This document shows positions 57,642 through 64,000 of a stretch of 64,000 nucleotides of DNA, piece after piece. The DNA comes from a virus (taxonomy: Duplodnaviria; Caudoviricetes): the IMG/VR virus record IMGVR_UViG_3300036944_001066, positions 391-64,390 of that record. One strand, given 5' to 3'. The position numbers and the translations under genes were made by a program. How positions within the stretch are numbered: the stretch's first letter is position 1; each line of letters begins with the position of its first letter. Under the pieces are notes generated by a model. The model saw only the letters and a program-made list of their open reading frames with translations, did not search any database and was not told the origin of the DNA.

Positions 57642-57956
57642 TTAAGCCGCGGCGCGAACGCGGGCTTTGTCCCCGGGCTTGACGTAGACGTCGTGGCTGT
57701 GGCTGTCATTGACCATCAGCAGCAGAGACGGAGCCGCATCCAAGTCGCCGCTGCCAACGTCGAGGTACGCATCTGCCTGGATGGTAACGCGGAAAACGGG
57801 CCGCAATCCATCCTTGTCGGTTGCAGCCTTTGTGGTGCTGGTCCCAAGCGCCGGGGTCTCGGACCACTGCACCAGGCCGAACAACGGCTGCTTGGCGCCG
57901 AACGGTGCATCTGCCGGCGCGAAGCCGCATGCGATATGAACATCAGGTAGAGCCAT
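57642..57956 (-). CDS. Small beta-rich putative virion protein
   Basis: FRVT...DAY..VG...VYVKPGDK; own promoter, motif and terminator. Confidence 0.7.
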   Translation of the reverse strand: MALPDVHIACGFAPADAPFGAKQPLFGLVQWSETPALGTSTTKAATDKDGLRPVFRVTIQADAYLDVGSGDLDAAPSLLLMVNDSHSHDVYVKPGDKARVRAAA

Positions 57957-57979
57957 GGGCGTGCCTTTCGGTTGATTGA

Positions 57980-57992
57980 GCACGTCCTGTGC
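57980..57992 (-). promoter_or_regulatory. Late-leader GGA hairpin GCAC-AGGAC-GTGC (perfect stem)
   Basis: TGATAATAT upstream; 23 nt before ATG 57956. Confidence 0.75.
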
Positions 57993-58061
57993 AGTTGGAG
58001 CATATTATCACGCTTGGATGTCATTTGCACGCGGCCCCACAGTCGATGATGGGGTGGTGGT

Positions 58062-58286
58062 TTAAACCGCCGAGCTTGCTATAGCCTCCAATGCGGCACG
58101 CGCCAGCAGTTTCCAGCTTTCGAGCGCAAGGTCTTCCGCGCTATCCCAAGGCTCAAAGTCAGGATCTTTCTGTAGCAGAAGGTGAGCGGCTTCCGACTCT
58201 ACGTAGAGCGACACAGGCATGTTGAAATTACTGGCACGTGCTTGCATGGCCTTTGCCGCTGCCGTTATCTGCTCTTCCGTAAACAT
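58062..58286 (-). CDS. Hypothetical protein
   Basis: RBS AAAGG; W..LARAALEA motif. Confidence 0.55.
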   Translation of the reverse strand: MFTEEQITAAAKAMQARASNFNMPVSLYVESEAAHLLLQKDPDFEPWDSAEDLALESWKLLARAALEAIASSAV

Positions 58287-58384
58287 TATTAACCTTTCGT
58301 TGCCGACAAACGCGGCCATTGCAACTGCCGATAGGGGCAGTACACTTGATGTGAGTGTGGTAGGTTAAGCCGAGCTTGCAATAT

Positions 58385-59581
58385 TCAGGCAGCCATGGCT
58401 TCCAGGACCTCCAGCGTCCGATCTGCGTACCATTGGCCACCAGCAAGGCACCCTGCCGTGTTGAGATGTGCATCATCGGCCATTAAAGGATGGCCTGTCG
58501 CCGCGCCAATAGGAATATAAACACCGCCAACGGCCTCGATAACCGGCACAAAAGCAATAAGGCGATCTGAGGTAAACTGGTCGACTGCGGCCTTAACGGC
58601 GGCTTCGTTGGCCGCGAGACTGAGCGTCCCGGTTTGCCCCGCTTGCGCCGGCTGCGTGCCAAAGACGATAATCGGGATGTCGGAATATCGGCTACGCAAC
58701 AGGTTGATTGTCGCGGCGCATCTCGACGTGATGTTGCTGGCGCTGCCAAACTTGTCGTTGATAGACCCTGACAGGAATATGGGTCCTGTAGGAGCACCAT
58801 TCAACGCCTCGTCACCGTTGGCAACGCGCTGGTCAAAACGGTAAAGCGTAGTCGTAGTTTGATCCCAGCCGGTGCCACCAACGCCGGAGTTCATATGAGC
58901 TTTAAACCCAAGAATGTCTGCCATGACGGCAAACACGCTGTCTCCAAGCGCTGTGGCTGACGCGCCATAGCCCCAACTGTCGGAAATGATGACCGACCGG
59001 AATTCCGCAGGCGGCAGTTTCGTGACCCGCTCTGTCGCACCGACATAAACACCAACGAAAGATGAGCCCGCTTGACCTTCGAGAATGATCTCACGGCTTT
59101 TCCGGCCACCTACAGAGGCAAAATCAAGAGAGATATATTGCGTCCCGCTACTGGCGGTGGTCACTGTTCCAGTAGCGTCAACATACTGACCGTCAACGAT
59201 GAAGCGGTAAGGGGTGGTTGTTCCATTGACACGCCACGTTACCTTGGCCGCGTCTGCGCGAATTCCAATCCGGAACCAATTCTGAACGCCCCCTGCGCTA
59301 TCGCCAATGTTGCCGCCTGTCGTCCATTCCACGGCCGACCGAAATCCGGCCTTTGTCCCGTAGAATGTACCTCCGGTCTCTCTGAATAGCCCTGCCGGGT
59401 AGGTGCTACGCAGATAAGCCGTCGATTGGCCGGACGGCAGACTGCCGCCATCCGCCGTCACGGTTGGCGGTGCAGACATAACGCCTCTGCTGCGGATATT
59501 ATCTCTACGCGCCCTCCGTGCGCAGTCCAGAATGCGGTTGACTTTAGCAAAGCGTGTGGATCGAAGTTCAATGTCAGCCAT
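58385..59581 (-). CDS. SGNH/GDSL hydrolase-like protein (possible tail-associated esterase)
   Basis: ISDSWG (block I), GVGGTG (II), GSIND (III), DDAHLN (V). Confidence 0.85.
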   Translation of the reverse strand: MADIELRSTRFAKVNRILDCARRARRDNIRSRGVMSAPPTVTADGGSLPSGQSTAYLRSTYPAGLFRETGGTFYGTKAGFRSAVEWTTGGNIGDSAGGVQNWFRIGIRADAAKVTWRVNGTTTPYRFIVDGQYVDATGTVTTASSGTQYISLDFASVGGRKSREIILEGQAGSSFVGVYVGATERVTKLPPAEFRSVIISDSWGYGASATALGDSVFAVMADILGFKAHMNSGVGGTGWDQTTTTLYRFDQRVANGDEALNGAPTGPIFLSGSINDKFGSASNITSRCAATINLLRSRYSDIPIIVFGTQPAQAGQTGTLSLAANEAAVKAAVDQFTSDRLIAFVPVIEAVGGVYIPIGAATGHPLMADDAHLNTAGCLAGGQWYADRTLEVLEAMAA

Positions 59582-59703
59582 CAGGCGACCCTCTCAAGCT
59601 CGATAGTGCGGTTGCCATTTTCGGTGACGCGATTTCCGTCTTCGGTGACAAATGCCCACCGAAATCCAGATGGAGCAGGGTACGGAGGCACAGGCCCACC
59701 CTT
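59341..59703. repeat. Right copy of the direct repeat of 1-363
   Basis: See left copy; spacing 59,340 bp. Confidence 0.97.
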
Positions 59704-59766
59704 TCCGGGGGTGGTGGGCGTCGCCAGCAGATCGCGGAACAGCGGTCTAAACAGCGGCCTAAGCAC
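59581..59766 (-). CDS. Small protein; C-terminal half as in 241-438, N-terminus different
   Basis: GTG start overlapping the 59759-60022 end. Confidence 0.6.
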   Translation of the reverse strand: MLRPLFRPLFRDLLATPTTPGKGGPVPPYPAPSGFRWAFVTEDGNRVTENGNRTIELERVA

Positions 59767-60022
59767 TGAACACCCCGCACGTTGCGCCAGCGCGCCGCGT
59801 AAAACGATATGTGCCGGGCGCCGCGATCGCGATGGCGCGACGATACGGCGAAAGCTCGCCGACATCTGCATACCCGCCCGCGTCATCCTTTAGAAGGATG
59901 CGCACAAATGCCGCGCCGTCCGTGTCGCCTTTTAATGCGACCGTGACCGTTGACCCGTCAGAGACAACAAGGTCAGACGAGTCGGCTGCCGTGCTGCCGG
60001 TAGCAAGTAGTTCTGTTGCCAT
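59759..60022 (-). CDS. Small beta-rich phage protein (second phage)
   Basis: RBS CAGGAG; APGTYRFTR..G..CGVFSA. Confidence 0.75.
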   Translation of the reverse strand: MATELLATGSTAADSSDLVVSDGSTVTVALKGDTDGAAFVRILLKDDAGGYADVGELSPYRRAIAIAAPGTYRFTRRAGATCGVFSA

Positions 60023-60040
60023 ATTGGTCTCCTGTTGCCG

Positions 60041-60355
60041 TTACTCGCCAGCTGCCCGACGAGGGCGCGGCTTTGTTTGGGATTCGTGCATGGCGTCGAT
60101 GCGCGTGCCGAGGTGGCGCACGTCATCGCGGATGCCTGATACGGCACCCAAGATCTCGTCCTTGATTTCTTTCATGCCGGACTTGGTGACGTAAGTTTCT
60201 GCCGTGTGCAGGCGGTGCGACGCAAGATCGCGCGCGACTTCATCTGCCTTGTCTCGGGCAGACGCAACGCGGCCCTCAAAATAGCGCCAGTAGCCGAAGG
60301 CTGCACCGACAAGGCCGGATATACCAACGAGTGCGGCAAGCAATTCGGCGCTCAT
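60041..60355 (-). CDS. Single-TM coiled-coil protein (holin-like)
   Basis: N-terminal TM; HTAETYVTK motif. Confidence 0.65.
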   Translation of the reverse strand: MSAELLAALVGISGLVGAAFGYWRYFEGRVASARDKADEVARDLASHRLHTAETYVTKSGMKEIKDEILGAVSGIRDDVRHLGTRIDAMHESQTKPRPRRAAGE

Positions 60356-60762
60356 TTGCGCGACCTGATGGCAGATGCCACCGCCTGCACGCCCATGCCC
60401 GCAGCCCCCGTGTAAAAAATATTGCCGAACACGACGTCTGCGTATTCTTTCAGCTGCGGCGGCAATGCGGCCACATCGGGTAGCGCGCCGTTGCACAGAC
60501 TGTCCAGCATGCCCCAACCAAACCAACCGGCAGTCGGGACTGCGGCCACAAGCCACGGCACCCAAAACGCCTTGTGCTGCATGCCCTCGCGAACGACGCC
60601 AGCGCTTGCCGAGGATGCCGCCATTTGCGCTTCGATTGCCTTGATAGAGACGTCGGCAGCAATGCGGTCGGCGTCATTGGCGGCCTTAAGCTTTAGCTCG
60701 TAGGCCTTAGTGAGGGATCCGGCCAACCCGCCGGACACCCAATTCAGTAGCCATTTGATCAC
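60352..60762 (-). CDS. Holin-like membrane protein
   Basis: GTGA overlap with the lysin; FWVPWL...VAALPP. Confidence 0.6.
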   Translation of the reverse strand: MIKWLLNWVSGGLAGSLTKAYELKLKAANDADRIAADVSIKAIEAQMAASSASAGVVREGMQHKAFWVPWLVAAVPTAGWFGWGMLDSLCNGALPDVAALPPQLKEYADVVFGNIFYTGAAGMGVQAVASAIRSRK

Positions 60763-61700
60763 ACCGCGACCTCCTTGCCGCGCCACGTATTCCAGCGGCG
60801 GATAAGCACATCGCGGTTGCGATAGGCGACATAGGCCAGCACGATGACGACAGCACCGCTGGCAATCCAAGCCCACGGAAGGCCGGCGGTCCACGCGGTT
60901 GCGGCAACACCGACGCCACTTCCTGCGCCCTTGGTGATGGCTTCGCGGGCCGCCGTAGCGTCGCGCCGCAGTTGTGCCAGCGTGGCCGGGCCGATGACGC
61001 CGTCCGCCACAAGGTGTGGGTGCGCCTTCTGGTAGGCGATGACAGCTGCCTTGGTCTGTTCGCCCATCCAACCGTCAATGGCGCCGGGATTCAGGCCCGC
61101 CGTGGTCAGAAGTTCTTGCGCCTCACGGACGACCGGATCCTGCAGCGCTGGCTTCTTGTCGCGCGCAACGCGCGGCTCGCCTTCGGCAGCAGCCACGGCA
61201 ATGCCGCCGTAATTCCCGTTAAGGAACAGTTCCGCCTCTTCCTTGCGCCGTCGTACCAGGCCGGCCAGCTTCTTGCCGCCAGCCGTGTTGTAATGGCTGG
61301 AGAGATAGGCTGCGGCCTCCTTCAGCGAACCAGCGCGCCAAAGCTTTGCCCACTGCCATCCCATCGCGCCGGCCCCAAGATTATAGGCGACGCTGGTGGC
61401 GGCATCCATCTGATGTTGCGTGCGATCGGCGGGCGACTGTGCGACAACGGCGGGCTCGAATTCGGCGGCAAGCACTTCCGACAGGACGGCATCAATCTGC
61501 GCATCTGTCAGCTTTGTCTTGCCGGGCACAAGTTCCGTGATGCCGAGCCGTGCCAAGGCTTCGCGTACGGCCTTGCTGCGCATCGTGAAGCCAACGCCTA
61601 TGGTTCGTATCTTGACGGGGTCGAGATAACAGGTGCGCACCGTGCCCTCATGGGAACGCAAAAACGCGCGCCCACGCGGTGACGTGGTCGTGATTGGCAT
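60759..61700 (-). CDS. GH24 lysozyme with PG-binding domain and C-terminal TM (second phage)
   Basis: HEG....YLD....TIGVG, GLVRRRKEEAELF, IDGWMG.QT..AV..YQ. Confidence 0.92.
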   Translation of the reverse strand: MPITTTSPRGRAFLRSHEGTVRTCYLDPVKIRTIGVGFTMRSKAVREALARLGITELVPGKTKLTDAQIDAVLSEVLAAEFEPAVVAQSPADRTQHQMDAATSVAYNLGAGAMGWQWAKLWRAGSLKEAAAYLSSHYNTAGGKKLAGLVRRRKEEAELFLNGNYGGIAVAAAEGEPRVARDKKPALQDPVVREAQELLTTAGLNPGAIDGWMGEQTKAAVIAYQKAHPHLVADGVIGPATLAQLRRDATAAREAITKGAGSGVGVAATAWTAGLPWAWIASGAVVIVLAYVAYRNRDVLIRRWNTWRGKEVAV

Positions 61701-61781
61701 GGTGGTCTCCTTTTGGTGGTGGTGGTGGGCTTGCGCCGTGTTCTTCGCTGTTGTATGAAGAAATAAATAGGGGGCAAACTA

Positions 61782-61880
61782 ATGGCCGATAGCATTCAAT
61801 TACTAGCAGTATGGGCGCTTGTATTCTTGGCGTGCTCAGGCTGCTTCATCGCGACTCGAAAATACGAGCCGGAAGAATAA
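61782..61880 (+). CDS. 32-aa membrane peptide, opposite strand
   Basis: MADSIQLLAVWALVFLACSGCFIATRKYEPEE; RBS AGGGG; AT-rich. Confidence 0.35.
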   Translation: MADSIQLLAVWALVFLACSGCFIATRKYEPEE

Positions 61881-61914
61881 GTGCAAATTCATTGGTTGAT
61901 ATATACTTACGCGC

Positions 61915-63207
61915 CTAGCGCCTGCCGAGTAGTTGCGCGTACCCGGTGACGAATGTCCCGGACGCCAAGAACAGCATAAAGTTCGTTGCTCTTGCCGTTG
62001 CGGTTACGCAACGGCAATCAAACAGCCACGTTTCCCAAACTCCGCTAGGCGATACGCTGTTGGCCCTACCCCAAAAATGGACAAACTCGGATGCTGACCC
62101 GGGCTGGATATTGACATGCGACACCATAAGCCCGCCAGGTGGAGTGAGCGGCATGCTCGCCGCACTGACAGAGGCAAAATTTACTGTTGCCGGTGCCAAG
62201 CCCTGGAGGCGGGTAAATTGGTAACTGTCGGCAACTGATTGGTATGTCGCGCCATCATCAAACGACACCCTTGTGTATACCGCCGAGTTATCTGTCGAGT
62301 TTACGTCACGCAGCCGAAGCTCAAACTCCTTGAATTCTGCCGGAAGTGCAAATGAAGCCGAAGACAACCCTGCCAAGTCCACCTCTGCAACGATAGGCTC
62401 CCAAACGGTCCCGATATTTGCGCGTACTTGAGCCGGGGTCAGGAATTTGATTGACTTGCCCGTCGTGCCGTCAGCGGCGGCGACCGTCCCATCCACAGCA
62501 CCAGTTGGGCCGACAACGTCCCCCGTACCCATACCATCTGTCCCTTTGATTGCCAGAAGCGACCAATAGGCGGTTTCGGTCGTGGGTAGTGTCGGCGGCG
62601 CGTTGCCGGTGGTCGCCTGAAGCGCCACAAACGATGATCCATTGTAGAGGACGTTGTCGTTCGCCGCGTAGGTCGTTCCGGCGCTGTAGGTGCCCATGGG
62701 GTTAAGTGTGCCAATCGGCCCTTGAATACCCTGCGGGCCTGTCCCGTAAGCGAACGGCCCAGCCCAATCACCACTTGTCGCGGACAGTTTTACATAAAGC
62801 TCCGGGTTGTCACTATCGATGACCAGATAAGAAAACCCTTTCGACTGAGTGTCAAACACATCACGGCCAGCCAGAGTGCCCGCCTGATCGTACTTAAAAA
62901 GCGTTCCCTGACGCATTTCCGAAAGCAGATAGGCCAGGTTCTGACTATTGGTGTCGAGTGTCTTCAGATAAGCCGTATCACGCTGGATACGATAATTATA
63001 TGTTCCGGTTGCCCCGGCCCATTGCAGTTCAGACGTAATTTGCGTGTTGCTGTCAACCGTCGCAATCGGCATCGGATTACCTATTGCTTGCACGAAAACA
63101 TTTCCTCCCGTAATTAGAGCGGTTTCCCATGCCGTGCCCGTGCCGGAAATCGTCGTGCTGCCGTTGGTCACAGTCACCGTTCCGGTTGAATAAGAGGATG
63201 TGGTCAT
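61915..63207 (-). CDS. Tail fibre protein (second phage)
   Basis: YSTGTVTVTNGSTTISGTGTAW anchor, GPQGIQGP collagen, CBM-like GTY..GTTY..ND.V.YNGSSF. Confidence 0.85.
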   Translation of the reverse strand: MTTSSYSTGTVTVTNGSTTISGTGTAWETALITGGNVFVQAIGNPMPIATVDSNTQITSELQWAGATGTYNYRIQRDTAYLKTLDTNSQNLAYLLSEMRQGTLFKYDQAGTLAGRDVFDTQSKGFSYLVIDSDNPELYVKLSATSGDWAGPFAYGTGPQGIQGPIGTLNPMGTYSAGTTYAANDNVLYNGSSFVALQATTGNAPPTLPTTETAYWSLLAIKGTDGMGTGDVVGPTGAVDGTVAAADGTTGKSIKFLTPAQVRANIGTVWEPIVAEVDLAGLSSASFALPAEFKEFELRLRDVNSTDNSAVYTRVSFDDGATYQSVADSYQFTRLQGLAPATVNFASVSAASMPLTPPGGLMVSHVNIQPGSASEFVHFWGRANSVSPSGVWETWLFDCRCVTATARATNFMLFLASGTFVTGYAQLLGRR

Positions 63208-63222
63208 TTGCGCGCCTTTGTG

Positions 63223-63606
63223 CTATAATTGTTCATAAATATGATAATCGACAATGATGGCGGTTCCAACATACCAATTATACACCGTTAAAATCCCTGT
63301 TGTTGTTTCTAATCTGCACCAGTAGCTAAACCTACTCGGAAGGGTATTAGTATTTGATTTTAATACAATCATTGGTGTTTGAGAATATGTCTTGCCAACA
63401 TTGACGGAAGTTTCACCCGGAACGCCGGAACTTGTGCTTGCACGCGGCGAAATGGTTAAAGAACCTTTCACAAAGGGAACCATTGCGGTCATGCCTTCGT
63501 AAATTAAACAATCCTTTTCGTCTGCTGTCGATGCGTCAAACCCAACTTTAGACAAACGAAATCTAAAGACACCAGCCGTCAAACCTGTAAAAAATCTTAA
63601 AGCCAT
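63223..63606 (-). CDS. Tail-tip associated protein
   Basis: FRLSKVGFDASTA motif; AT-rich. Confidence 0.65.
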   Translation of the reverse strand: MALRFFTGLTAGVFRFRLSKVGFDASTADEKDCLIYEGMTAMVPFVKGSLTISPRASTSSGVPGETSVNVGKTYSQTPMIVLKSNTNTLPSRFSYWCRLETTTGILTVYNWYVGTAIIVDYHIYEQL

Positions 63607-63610
63607 TTAT

Positions 63611-64000
63611 TTAACTTCTCGGGTTTTTAAATATTATGTATTGGATATCTAGTTCTGTGATCAAAGCTGCACTAGTTGTGAAAGTTCTGGCGTAAGCCCT
63701 GATATTAGACGTGTCCACGTCGCAAGACGAAGAATCTAGCCGAATTGCTAGGGTCGGCGCACCTTGAAGGCTGTTATCTTGCGGATAATACGCGTAGTTG
63801 GTATTTCGTTCAATGAAGCAGAACCAGTGCATAGGGACGTATGGAAGCGCCGGAAAAGTCCAAGCGCCTTGAAACTGTCTGCCGTTTACACTCCCAATGA
63901 TCGGCACATTTTCGCGACCGTAAGCGTGAACCTGCATATTTGAAAAACGACTGTCCAACAACAAAGCTTTGGTAGGGTTGTCTAAGTCGTCCCCTGGTTG
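63611..64000 (-). CDS. Tail-tip associated protein, 5' end beyond the window
   Basis: Frame open to the window edge; LLDSRF, FPALPYVP, YIIFKNP. Confidence 0.6.
   Translation of the reverse strand, partial: QPGDDLDNPTKALLLDSRFSNMQVHAYGRENVPIIGSVNGRQFQGAWTFPALPYVPMHWFCFIERNTNYAYYPQDNSLQGAPTLAIRLDSSSCDVDTSNIRAYARTFTTSAALITELDIQYIIFKNPRS

Overview
All-phage window from a GC-rich, probably Rhizobiaceae-type alphaproteobacterial host (phage GcrA and GapR homologs). Positions 1-59340 look like one complete, circularly permuted temperate podovirus genome, resembling the PBC5/Atu_ph08/Bcep22 groups by gene content. It has a Cro/CI switch, DUF1376 replication, a C5 MTase, terminases, a P22-like portal, scaffold, CsrA, an early accessory operon, a P4-type integrase with an apparently intact attP, AlpA excisionase, a GH108 lysis cassette, an N4-gp56-type capsid, tail/ejection genes and a ~4,885-aa DarB-like polyvalent protein. 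This unit is bounded by a ~98% identical direct repeat (1-363 = 59341-59703). Beyond the repeat lies the tail/lysis end of a different phage (GH24 lysin, tail fibre). Main leads: (1) a phage CsrA homolog plus six conserved GGA-loop hairpins, each 23-27 nt before a late-gene start codon and mostly overlapping an alternative RBS-occluding stem, a candidate phage-autonomous translational late-gene switch; (2) two overprinted genes with their own RBS inside the giant protein gene; (3) apparent insertion of one phage into another through a shared gene rather than via attP; (4) a 67-aa peptide duplicating the catalytic loop of the adjacent C5 MTase. All calls come from visual motif recognition; no searches were run.
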